A stretch of 64,000 nucleotides of DNA from Mytilus trossulus (taxonomy: Eukaryota). The stretch lies in the NCBI RefSeq assembly GCF_036588685.1, contig NC_086376.1, positions 20,088,001 through 20,152,000 of the forward strand, read 5' to 3'. The translations under genes and the position numbers were made by a program. The notes below the pieces were generated by a model. That model saw only the letters and a program-made list of their open reading frames with translations, did no database searches and was not told the origin of the DNA. This document shows, piece after piece, positions 39,274 through 50,687 of the stretch (its first letter is position 1; every line of letters starts with the position of its first letter).

Positions 39274-40856
39274 GGCACTGGCTACGATTACATGGAAATG
39301 TAACAATAATAAAAATATTATTGTTACATAGGAGACTAAATGCCGGAATGCAAAGGCGGATAAGGAACCGATTAATTACGAATGTAACAATAATTACTGA
39401 GGCTACGGTTACATGGCGTTATTGTTACATGAAAAACAGCAATCATTAAACTTAAATCTTGCCGGTATAGTTTTGTTGCCTTAATCTTGCATATGTACGA
39501 AATAATACTTGTAACAATGATAAATAATAAATATTATCGTTAACGAATGGTGTTTAAATTTTTTTTCTAACGTATAAATGGTTTTGGTGTTTTAAAGATA
39601 CTACTTAAGGATGTTCGCTGCTCAGTTTCATAATAAATAACTTTTCATAAAACTTGTATGTATTGGTAGGGAATAAATTTAGGGATCAAAATAGCAAAAT
39701 AAAATATAGGGGTCCATGTGCTTGTTTTCGAGATATTAGCCATTGGAATTTTGGCGGGAAAATGTTCTCTCTTGATTTTTCATAGCTTTATCATTGACCA
39801 GTTAAAGTTCTCAAATACTATTATAAAATAAATAAAATTTTATAAGACTTTAACAAATGACTTATAATTATACATGTAAAAGATTTATAAAAAGAAAAAT
39901 GGGGGTTCATGGGGATTTTTTTTTAATTATTCAAATGGATAAAACCAGAGGATTCCAAAAATCTGACAAAAATTCCGAAACATGACAAGCAGACATCCTT
40001 AAGATAAGTAGTGCCAAAGGCGAAAATATAGACCAATGGTTTGTTGTTGAGAACTCGGGCTGAGAAAAGTGTTCACTTTAAGTATTTTAAAACTGCACAT
40101 CTACTCGTATTACTGTCATTATACAATGCACAATGGATGAAGAGATTCTTGTGACCAATTTTGTTGTGGGTGAAAAATTTAAAACTTGGGATTCGTTTGA
40201 AACAAAACTGAAACAATATCAAGACACAAATTTCATTCAGCTATACAAACGCAGTTCTAAAAAAAATTAACGGACGGCAATGTGACCATACTGAAAGATG
40301 ACATAAAACTACATCACATGCTTCCAACCAAAATATTAGATGAGAACATAAACATTGCTCGAGTGAAAAAGTATTTCCACCGGAAGCATGGCAAACATTA
40401 AAGGTCGCATTATCATCAAAAAGGGATATCGCAGAATGGAACTGTACAGTATGTGATACGGACGTTCACAGTGCGGCATCACTGGTGTGTGATGGCTGCT
40501 TGGAGTGGTTTCACCAAAAATGTGTCGGACTCAGAAATGCTCCAAAAACCACTTACTGGATATGTAGAAAATGTCATTGCAAATAAATAATTAAAGAATT
40601 TATATTTAATAATTGTATGTATTGTAAATATAAAATAAATGTCTTTAATTTTTATTATCTAGTACATTTTAATAGACCCATTGTATATTGCTGTTTTTCA
40701 TGTAACAATAACGCCATGTAACCGTAGCCTCAGTAATTATTGTTACATTCGTAATTAATCGGTTCCTTACCCGACCTTGCATTCCGTCATTTAGTCTCCT
40801 ATGTAACAATAATATTTTTATTATTGTTACATTTCCATGTAACCGTAGCCAGTGCC
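39274..40856 (+). mobile_element. Internally deleted Mutator-like element (MULE) with transposase remnant and PHD finger
   Basis: ~170-bp TIRs starting GGCACTGGCTACG; 9-bp TSD AATTAGAAA; remnants MDEEIL..VGEKFKTWDSFETKLKQY (40133) and a C4HC3 motif (40437-40586). Confidence 0.9.
39609..39998. mobile_element. Kolobok-like MITE nested in the MULE
   Basis: TTAA|GGATGT...ACATCC|TTAA. Confidence 0.65.
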
Positions 40857-42396
40857 AATTAGAAAACGTCTTGTTGTCTAATGGTTGTGTCAAATTGGCC
40901 GACTTTGGATTTGCCAAGTCGTCCGATATTGTTGCCGAATCTGAAGAATTTTGTGGAACCCTCCTCCCATACGCTGCCCCAGAAGTTATTATGGGAATGG
41001 AACACAGCACCATGAAAGCAGATATGTGGAGTATGGGAGTTATGCTCTACGTCATGCTCTTCGGAGCTTTCCCATTCTCCGATAGTGACGCTACCTCTAT
41101 GGTCCAATCTCAAATCTCAAACACCCTCTTTTTCCCAGAAAACACTAACGAAACGTTAAAGTCTCTCATCTCCTCTATGCTTGAACCCTCTATTGAAAAA
41201 CGCGCTAATGCAAGCTCAGTCCTTCTTGCCTTGAGCCAGTTTTAAACACATAATTAAGCATCCTTGAAATCACAATATGTTGTGATTTCAAGGATGCCTT
41301 TTTTTTTGTCTGAGCTGTTGTTACGGTAAACCGTGCGGACCTTCTTTTAATGTTACTTGATCAAATACGGTTACGTATTGCGGTTACGGTAAACACATGT
41401 TAACGTTTGGTCTACATTCCTTCTTTAGGAATGGTACTTCTTGTTTTATCAATGAGACACTGCTAAGTGATTAAGACTATTTGTTAGTCTAGTTTACCGT
41501 ACCACCAAACAATCCTTTAACATTTCAGTTTCCCGTTTCTTTGTATTAAATGTTTGAGAAACAAGATAAGGATATTGATAGGTAAAGATTTCAGGGTTTC
41601 TGTCCATTGATATCGAAACATATCAGCCGCGAGCCAGAGAGTTTCACCTTGTGTCGAGCGACTGAACACCCATAATCTCTTATTCGTTCTTTCACTATGT
41701 TTGTGCTAGACAAACGTAGGCCTGACAACGTCTTGTGACGTCGCTGATAACTTCTCAAACACTATGACGTTGCTGATATTATCTGCTCAGAGCAAAGACA
41801 TTTCTAGGTAAACTAATTGTATGAGGGTACGGTAAACAAAGATGCAATACCAAAATAAAAGGACCCAGTATTATACTTTATAGTCCAGTTTACCGTATCA
41901 GCATACATTTTTTTTTGTCTTCTGTGGAATTCATTTCTAATCCGAAACTCATTGAATAAATTGGAAGCAAATATCCCCTTGAACATTCAGACAGTGATTT
42001 AATTTCGTTTAGTTTGTTGTGGTTAACCTTCAGCGTGCGAAGAAACGGTAAACTGCAGAGTATACTTATACTAGTTGAGCTACGGTAAACCTTTAATAGA
42101 ATTTTTATGGTTACGGTAAACATTGCAGTCACAAGCTATGGAAAAGTTTATGGTAACGGTAAACATATAAGAAAAATGACTTAGAAATGTTAACCGTTTG
42201 CAAGAGTAGGTACTATTAATGAAAAGGGGAGCTATTTCCAAAAATGTACTATTTAATTATGTAAGGAAGCATTTATTAAGACTTGTCTCCCCTTGAACAT
42301 CAAGACATGGAAGAGGCCATATCGGTCGATTTACTATATAAGGCTTGCATTTCACTATTTGGGATCTTTATCACATCACATCCACGCCAGTTTAAA

Positions 42397-43138
42397 ATGG
42401 ATTTTTTAATGAACAATGGACTCTCAAATGTTGTAGCTCTTACTGAAGAAGTTTTCTCTGCCTCTAGCGAAATATTCGGTAAAGTTGCAATAAAGAAAGT
42501 CATCAAAACCTCAACTGAGTTTGAAGCTTTTCTCAGCCTCAAACACGAAAACATCGTCGAAGCCATTGAAATCATCGAAGCCGAAGAATTTGCCTTCGTT
42601 TTGATGGAATTTGCTGAATTCGGAGATGTTTTTGAATACATAATGAACAACGAACGGTCTCGTGTCCGTTGAAGCCACCCTCTCTCTTTTCTCTCAGGTT
42701 GTCAAAGCAATCGAATACTGCCACTCAATTGGAATCGCCCACAATGACATTAAATTAGAAAACGTCTTGTTGTCTAATGGTTGTGTCAAATTGGCCGACT
42801 TTGGATTTGCCAAGTCGTCCGATATTGTTGCCGAATCTGAAGAATTTTGTGGAACCCTCCCATACGCTGCCCCAGAAGTTATTATGGGAATGGAACACAG
42901 CACCATGAAAGCCGATATGTGGAGTATGGGAGTTATGCTCTACGTCATGCTCTTCGGAGCTTTCCCATTCTCCGATAGTGACGCTACCTCTATGGTCCAA
43001 TCTCAAATCTCAAACACCCTCTTTTTCCCAGAAAACACTAACGAAACGTTAAAGTCTCTCATCTCCTCTATGCTTGAACCCTCTATTGAAAAACGCGCTA
43101 ATGCAAGCTCAGTCCTTCTTGCCTTGAGCCAGTTTTAA
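42397..43138 (+). pseudogene. Kinase copy 2, frameshifted
   Basis: 4-bp duplication (aacaacgaacggt, ~42650) splits the ORF. Confidence 0.85.
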
Positions 43139-44289
43139 ACACATAATTAAGCATCCTTGAAATCACAATATGTTGTGATTTCAAGGATGCCTTTTTTTTT
43201 GTCTGAGCTGTTGTTACGGTAAACCGTGCGGACCTTCTTTTAATGTTACTTGATCAAATACGGTTACGTATTGCGGTTACGGTAAACACATGTTAACGTT
43301 TGGTCTACATTCCTTCTTTAGGAATGGTACTTCTTGTTTTATCAATGAGACACTGCTAAGTGATTAAGACTATTTGTTAGTCTAGTTTACCGTACCACCA
43401 AACAATCCTTTAACATTTCAGTTTCCCGTTTCTTTGTATTAAATGTTTGAGAAACAAGATAAGGATATTGATAGGTAAAGATTTCAGGGTTTCTGTCCAT
43501 TGATATCGAAACATATCAGCCGCGAGCCAGAGAGTTTCACCTTGTGTCGAGCGACTGAACACCCATAATCTCTTATTTGTTCTTTCACTATGTTTGTGCT
43601 AGACAAACGTAGGCCTGACAACGTCTTGTGACGTCGCTGATAACTTCTCAAACACTATGACGTTGCTGATATTATCTGCTCAGAGCAAAGACATTTCTAG
43701 GTAAACTAATTGTATGAGGGTACGGTAAACAAAGATGCAATACCAAAATAAAAGGACCCAGTATTATACTTTATAGTCCAGTTTACCGTATCAGCATACA
43801 TTTTTTTTTGTCTTCTGTGGAATTCATTTCTAATCCGAAACTCATTGAATAAATTGGAAGCAAATATCCCCTTGAACATTCAGACAGTGATTTAATTTCG
43901 TTTAGTTTGTTGTGGTTAACCTTCAGCGTGCGAAGAAACGGTAAACTGCAGAGTATACTTATACTAGTTGAGCTACGGTAAACCTTTAATAGAATGTTTA
44001 TGGTTACGGTAAACATTGCAGTCACAAGCTATGGAAAAGTTTATGGTAACGGTAAACATATAAGAAAAATGACTTAGAAATGTTAACCGTTTGCAAGAGT
44101 AGGTACCATTAATGAAAAGGGGAGCTATTTCCAAAAATGTACTATTTAATTATGTAAGGAAGCATTTATTAAGACTTGTCTCCCCTTGAACATCAAGACA
44201 TGGAAGAGGCCATATCGGCCGATTTACTATATAAGGCTTGCATTTCACTATTTGGGATCTTTATCACATTACATCCACGCCAGTTTAAA

Positions 44290-45029
44290 ATGGATTTTTT
44301 AATGAACAGTGGACTCTCAAATGTTGTAGCTCTTACTGAAGAAGTTTTCTCTGCCTCTAGCGAAATATTCGGTAAAGTTGCAATAAAGAAAGTCATCAAA
44401 ACCTCAACTGAGTTTGAAGCTTTTCTCAGCCTCAAACACGAAAACATCGTCGAAGCCATTGAAATCATCGAAGCCGAAGAATTTGCCTTCGTTTTGATGG
44501 AATTTGCTGAATTCGGAGATGTTTTTGAATACATAATGAACAACGGTCTCATGTCCGTTGAAGCCACCCTCTCTCTTTTCTCTCAGGTTGTCAAAGCAAT
44601 CGAATACTGCCACTCAATTGGAATCGCCCACAATGACATTAAATTAGAAAACGTCTTGTTGTCTAATGGTTGTGTCAAATTGGCCGACTTTGGATTTGCC
44701 AAGTCGTCCGATATTGTTGCCGAATCTGAAGAATTTTGTGGAACACTCCCATACGCTGCCCCAGAAGTTATTATGGGAATGGAACACAGCACCATGAAAG
44801 CCGATATGTGGAGTATGGGAGTTATGCTCTACGTCATGCTCTTCGGAGCTTTCCCATTCTCCGATAGTGACGCTACCTCTATGGTCCAATCTCAAATCTC
44901 AAACACCCTCTTTTTCCCAGAAAACACTAACGAAACGTTTTAAAGTCTCTCATCTCCTCTATGCTTGAACCCTCTATTGAAAAACGCGCTAATGCAAGCT
45001 CAGTCCTTCTTGCCTTGAGCCAGTTTTAA
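44290..45029 (+). pseudogene. Kinase copy 3, C-terminally truncated by +2 T frameshift
   Basis: aacgttttaaag vs aacgttaaag; stop at 44943 removes subdomain XI (could be a sequencing error). Confidence 0.75.
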
Positions 45030-46179
45030 ACACATAATTAAGCATCCTTGAAATCACAATATGTTGTGATTTCAAGGATGCCTTTTTTTTGTCTGAGCTG
45101 TTGTTACGGTAAACCGTGCGGACCTTCTTTTAATGTTACTTGATCAAATACGGTTACGTATTGCGGTTACGGTAAACACATGTTAACGTTTGGTCTACAT
45201 TCCTTCTTTAGGAATGGTACTTCTTGTTTTATCAATGAGACACTGCTAAGTGATTAAGACTATTTGTTAGTCTAGTTTACCGTACCACCAAACAATCCTT
45301 TAACATTTCAGTTTCCCGTTTCTTTGTATTAAATGTTTGAGAAACAAGATAAGGATATTGATAGGTAAAGATTTCAGGGTTTCTGTCCATTGATATCGAA
45401 ACATATCAGCCGCGAGCCAGAGAGTTTCACCTCGTGTCGAGCGACTGAACACCCATAATCTCTTATTCGTTCTTTCACTATGTTTGTGCTAGACAAACGT
45501 AGGCCTGACAACGTCTTGTGACGTCGCTGATAACTTATCAAACACTATGACGTTGCTGATATTATCTGCTCAGAGCAAAGACATTTCTAGGTAAACTAAT
45601 TGTATGAGGGTACGGTAAACAAAGATGCAATACCAAAATAAAAGGACCCAGTATTATACTTTATAGTCCAGTTTACCGTATCAGCATACAGTTTTTTTTG
45701 TCTTCTGTGGAATTCATTTCTAATCCGAAACTCATTGAATAAATTGGAAGCAAATATCCCCTTGAACATTCAGACAGTGATTTAATTTCGTTTAGTTTGT
45801 TGTGGTTAACCTTCAGCGTGCGAAGAAACGGTAAACTGCAGAGTATACTTATACTAGTTGAGCTACGGTAAACCTTTAATAGAATTTTTATGGTTACGGT
45901 AAACATTGCAGTCACAAGCTATGGAAAAGTTTATGGTAACGGTAAACATATAAGAAAAATGACTTAGAAATGTTAACCGTTTGCAAGAGTAGGTACCATT
46001 AATGAAAAGGGGAGCTATTTCCAAAAATGTACTATTTAATTATGTAAGGAAGCATTTATTAAGACTTGTCTCCCCTTGAACATCAAGACATGGAAGAGGC
46101 CATATCGGCCGATTTACTATATAAGGCTTGCATTTCACTATTTGGGATCTTTATCACATCACATCCACGCCAGTTTAAA

Positions 46180-46917
46180 ATGCATTTTTTAATGAACAGT
46201 GGACTCTCAAATGTTGTAGCTCTTACTGAAGAAGTTTTCTCTGCCTCTAGCGAAATATTCGGTAAAGTTGCAATAAAGAAAGTCATCAAAACCTCAACTG
46301 AGTTTGAAGCTTTTCTCAGCCTCAAACACGAAAACATCGTCGAAGCCATTGAAATCATCGAAGCCGAAGAATTTGCCTTCGTTTTGATGGAATTTGCTGA
46401 ATTCGGAGATGTTTTTGAATACATAATGAACAACGGTCTCATGTCCGTTGAAGCCACCCTCTCTCTTTTCTCTCAGGTTGTCAAAGCAATCGAATACTGC
46501 CACTCAATTGGAATCGCCCACAATGACATTAAATTAGAAAACGTCTTGTTGTCTAATGGTTGTGTCAAATTGGCCGACTTTGGATTTGCCAAGTCGTCCG
46601 ATATTGTTGCCGAATCTGAAGAATTTTGTGGAACCCTCCCATACGCTGCCCCAGAAGTTATTATGGGAATGGAACACAGCACCATGAAAGCCGATATGTG
46701 GAGTATGGGAGTTATGCTCTACGTCATGCTCTTCGGAGCTTTCCCATTCTCCGATAGTGACGCTACCTCTATGGTCCAATCTCAAATCTCAAACACCCTC
46801 TTTTTCCCAGAAAACACTAACGAAACGTTAAAGTCTCTCATCTCCTCTATGCTTGAACCCTCTATTGAAAAACGCGCTAATGCAAGCTCAGTCCTTCTTG
46901 CCTTGAGCCAGTTTTAA
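46180..46917 (+). CDS. Intronless Ser/Thr kinase, CAMK group, TSSK-like, 245 aa (copy 4, D2H)
   Basis: VAIK, HNDIKLEN, DFG, FCGTLPYAAPE, DMWSMGV; ATG downstream of a TATA box. Confidence 0.85.
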   Translation: MHFLMNSGLSNVVALTEEVFSASSEIFGKVAIKKVIKTSTEFEAFLSLKHENIVEAIEIIEAEEFAFVLMEFAEFGDVFEYIMNNGLMSVEATLSLFSQVVKAIEYCHSIGIAHNDIKLENVLLSNGCVKLADFGFAKSSDIVAESEEFCGTLPYAAPEVIMGMEHSTMKADMWSMGVMLYVMLFGAFPFSDSDATSMVQSQISNTLFFPENTNETLKSLISSMLEPSIEKRANASSVLLALSQF

Positions 46918-46929
46918 ACACATAATTAA

Positions 46930-46979
46930 GCATCCTTGAAATCACAATATGTTGTGATTTCAAGGATGCCTTTTTTTTT
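46930..46979 (+). terminator. 18-bp perfect hairpin + T9 after the kinase stop (representative; one per spacer); function unproven
   Basis: GCATCCTTGAAATCACAA-tatg-TTGTGATTTCAAGGATGC-c-TTTTTTTTT, starting 12 nt after TAA. Confidence 0.55.
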
Positions 46980-48006
46980 GTCTGAGCTGTTGTTACGGTA
47001 AACCGTGCGGACCTTCTTTTAATGTTACTTGATCAAATACGGTTACGTATTGCGGTTACGGTAAACACATGTTAACGTTTGGTCTACATTCCTTCTTTAG
47101 GAATGGTACTTCTTGTTTTATCAATGAGACACTGCTAAGTGATTAAGACTATTTGTTAGTCTAGTTTACCGTACCACCAAACAATCCTTTAACATTTCAG
47201 TTTCCCGTTTCTTTGTATTAAATGTTTGAGAAACAAGATAAGGATATTGATAGGTAAAGATTTCAGGGTTTCTGTCCATTGATATCGAAACATATCAGCC
47301 GCGAGCCAGAGAGTTTCACCTTGTGTCGAGCGACTGAACACCCATAATCTCTTATTTGTTCTTTCACTATGTTTGTGCTAGACAAACGTAGGCCTGACAA
47401 CGTCTTGTGACGTCGCTGATAACTTCTCAAACACTATGACGTTGCTGATATTATCTGCTCAGAGCAAAGACATTTCTAGGTAAACTAATTGTATGAGGGT
47501 ACGGTAAACAAAGATGCAATACCAAAATAAAAGGACCCAGTATTATACTTTATAGTCCAGTTTACCGTATCAGCATACAGTTTTTTTTGTCTTCTGTGGA
47601 ATTCATTTCTAATCCGAAACTCATTGAATAAATTGGAAGCAAATATCCCCTTGAACATTCAGACAGTGATTTAATTTCGTTTAGTTTGTTGTGGTTAACC
47701 TTCAGCGTGCGAAGAAACGGTAAACTGCAGAGTATACTTATACTAGTTGAGCTACGGTAAACCTTTAATAGAATTTTTATGGTTACGGTAAACATTGCAG
47801 TCACAAGCTATGGAAAAGTTTATGGTAACGGTAAACATATAAGAAAAATGACTTAGAAATGTTAACCGTTTGCAAGAGTAGGTACCATTAATGAAAAGGG
47901 GAGCTATTTCCAAAAATGTACTATTTAATTATGTAAGGAAGCATTTATTAAGACTTGTCTCCCCTTGAACATCAAGACATGGAAGAGGCCATATCGGCCG
48001 ATTTAC

Positions 48007-48013
48007 TATATAA
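48007..48013 (+). promoter_or_regulatory. TATA box of the kinase unit (representative; present in all 12)
   Basis: cTATATAAgg ~62 bp upstream of ATG, Inr-like TCACATC ~35 bp downstream of it. Confidence 0.7.
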
Positions 48014-48068
48014 GGCTTGCATTTCACTATTTGGGATCTTTATCACATCACATCCACGCCAGTTTAAA

Positions 48069-48806
48069 ATGGATTTTTTAATGAACAGTGGACTCTCAAA
48101 TGTTGTAGCTCTTACTGAAGAAGTTTTCTCTGCCTCTAGCGAAATATTCGGTAAAGTTGCAATAAAGAAAGTCATCAAAACCTCAACTGAGTTTGAAGCT
48201 TTTCTCAGCCTCAAACACGAAAACATCGTCGAAGCCATTGAAATCATCGAAGCCGAAGAATTTGCCTTCGTTTTGATGGAATTTGCTGAATTCGGAGATG
48301 TTTTTGAATACATAATGAACAACGGTCTCATGTCCGTTGAAGCCACCCTCTCTCTTTTCTCTCAGGTTGTCAAAGCAATCGAATACTGCCACTCAATTGG
48401 AATCGCCCACAATGACATTAAATTAGAAAACGTCTTGTTGTCTAATGGTTGTGTCAAATTGGCCGACTTTGGATTTGCCAAGTCGTCCGATATTGTTGCC
48501 GAATCTGAAGAATTTTGTGGAACCCTCCCATACGCTGCCCCAGAAGTTATTATGGGAATGGAACACAGCACCATGAAAGCCGATATGTGGAGTATGGGAG
48601 TTATGCTCTACGTCATGCTCTTCGGAGCTTTCCCATTCTCCGATAGTGACGCTACCTCTATGGTCCAATCTCAAATCTCAAACACCCTCTTTTTCCCAGA
48701 AAACACTAACGAAACGTTAAAGTCTCTCATCTCCTCTATGCTTGAACCCTCTATTGAAAAACGCGCTAATGCAAGCTCAGTCCTTCTTGCCTTGAGCCAG
48801 TTTTAA
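48069..48806 (+). CDS. Intronless TSSK-like kinase copy 5
   Basis: Intact 245-aa ORF, aaaATGg context. Confidence 0.88.
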   Translation: MDFLMNSGLSNVVALTEEVFSASSEIFGKVAIKKVIKTSTEFEAFLSLKHENIVEAIEIIEAEEFAFVLMEFAEFGDVFEYIMNNGLMSVEATLSLFSQVVKAIEYCHSIGIAHNDIKLENVLLSNGCVKLADFGFAKSSDIVAESEEFCGTLPYAAPEVIMGMEHSTMKADMWSMGVMLYVMLFGAFPFSDSDATSMVQSQISNTLFFPENTNETLKSLISSMLEPSIEKRANASSVLLALSQF

Positions 48807-49949
48807 ACACATAATTAAGCATCCTTGAAATCACAATATGTTGTGATTTCAAGGATGCCTTTTTTTTTGTCTGAGCTGTTGTTACGGTAAACCGTGCGGA
48901 CCTTCTTTTAATGTTACTTGATCAAATACGGTTACGTATTGCGGTTACGGTAAACACATGTTAACGTTTGGTCTACATTCCTTCTTTAGGAATGGTACTT
49001 CTTGTTTTATCAATGAGACACTGCTAAGTGATTAAGACTATTTGTTAGTCTAGTTTACCGTACCACCAAACAATCCTTTAACATTTCAGTTTCCCGTTTC
49101 TTTGTATTAAATGTTTGAGAAACAAGATAAGGATATTGATAGGTAAAGATTTCAGGGTTTCTGTCCATTGATATCGAAACATATCAGCCGCGAGCCAGAG
49201 AGTTTCACCTTGTGTCGAGCGACTGAACACCCATAATCTCTTATTCGTTCTTTCACTATGTTTGTGCTAGACAAACGTAGGCCTGACAACGTCTTGTGAC
49301 GTCGCTGATAACTTCTCAAACACTATGACGTTGCTGATATTATCTGCTCAGAGCAAAGACATTTCTAGGTAAACTAATTGTATGAGGGTACGGTAAACAA
49401 AGATGCAATACCAAAATAAAAGGACCCACTTTATAGTCCAGTTTACCGTATCAGCATACAGTTTTTTTTGTCTTCTGTGGAATTCATTTCTAATCCGAAA
49501 CTCATTGAATAAATTGGAAGCAAATATCCCCTTGAACATTCAGACAGTGATTTAATTTCGTTTAGTTTGTTGTGGTTAACCTTCAGCGTGCGAAGAAACG
49601 GTAAACTGCAGAGTATACTTATACTAGTTGAGCTACGGTAAACCTTTAATAGAATTTTTATGGTTACGGTAAACATTGCAGTCACAAGCTATGGAAAAGT
49701 TTATGGTAACGGTAAACATATAAGAAAAATGACTTAGAAATGTTAACCGTTTGCCAGAGTAGGTACCATTAATGAAAAGGGGGGCTATTTCCAAAAATGT
49801 ACTATTTAATTATGTAAGGAAGCATTTATTAAGACTTGTCTCCCCTTGAACATCAAGACATGGAAGAGGCCATATCGGCCGATTTACTATATAAGGCTTG
49901 CATTTCACTATTTGGGATCTTTATCACATCACATCCACGCCAGTTTAAA

Positions 49950-50687
49950 ATGGATTTTTTAATGAACAGTGGACTCTCAAATGTTGTAGCTCTTACTGAA
50001 GAAGTTTTCTCTGCCTCTAGCGAAATATTCGGTAAAGTTGCAATAAAGAAAGTCATCAAAACCTCAACTGAGTTTGAAGCTTTTCTCAGCCTCAAACACG
50101 AAAACATCGTCGAAGCCATTGAAATCATCGAAGCCGAAGAATTTGCCTTCGTTTTGATGGAATTTGCTGAATTCGGAGATGTTTTTGAATACATAATGAA
50201 CAACGGTCTCATGTCCGTTGAAGCCACCCTCTCTCTTTTCTCTCAGGTTGTCAAAGCAATCGAATACTGCCACTCAATTGGAATCGCCCACAATGACATT
50301 AAATTAGAAAACGTCTTGTTGTCTAATGGTTGTGTCAAATTGGCCGACTTTGGATTTGCCAAGTCGTCCGATATTGTTGCCGAATCTGAAGAATTTTGTG
50401 GAACCCTCCCATACGCTGCCCCAGAAGTTATTATGGGAATGGAACACAGCACCATGAAAGCCGATATGTGGAGTATGGGAGTTATGCTCTACGTCATGCT
50501 CTTCGGAGCTTTCCCATTCTCCGATAGTGACGCTACCTCTATGGTCCAATCTCAAATCTCAAACACCCTCTTTTTCCCAGAAAACACTAACGAAACGTTA
50601 AAGTCTCTCATCTCCTCTATGCTTGAACCCTCTATTGAAAAACGCGCTAATGCAAGCTCAGTCCTTCTTGCCTTGAGCCAGTTTTAA
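49950..50687 (+). CDS. Intronless TSSK-like kinase copy 6
   Basis: Intact 245-aa ORF. Confidence 0.88.
   Translation: MDFLMNSGLSNVVALTEEVFSASSEIFGKVAIKKVIKTSTEFEAFLSLKHENIVEAIEIIEAEEFAFVLMEFAEFGDVFEYIMNNGLMSVEATLSLFSQVVKAIEYCHSIGIAHNDIKLENVLLSNGCVKLADFGFAKSSDIVAESEEFCGTLPYAAPEVIMGMEHSTMKADMWSMGVMLYVMLFGAFPFSDSDATSMVQSQISNTLFFPENTNETLKSLISSMLEPSIEKRANASSVLLALSQF

Larger units (their letters stand above)
33721..41245 (+). pseudogene. Kinase copy 1, split by two DNA transposons
   Basis: Kinase pieces at 33721-33943, 39136-39273 and 40866-41245; also a 3-bp duplication (GTLLPY). Confidence 0.95.

Noticed and set aside
39274-39449. Shared peptide HWLRLHGNVTIIK in ORFs 39159+ and 40669-
   Set aside because: Translation of the two MULE terminal inverted repeats
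46066-46179. 38-aa N-terminal extension (MSPLEHQ...) of the 283-aa kinase ORFs
   Set aside because: Starts at TTG and spans the TATA box; copy 1 has a TAG in it; the aaaATGg downstream is the plausible eukaryotic start
45673-46785. Recurrent minus-strand ORFs (80, 124, 69, 70, 83 aa) in every unit
   Set aside because: Antisense shadows or spacer ORFs with no recognisable domain, several with non-ATG starts; they recur only because the unit repeats
46930-46979. Histone stem-loop, or evidence of bacterial contamination
   Set aside because: Stem length and sequence do not fit the histone consensus; the array is contiguous with a spliced animal gene, carries animal transposons and has a TATA/Kozak context
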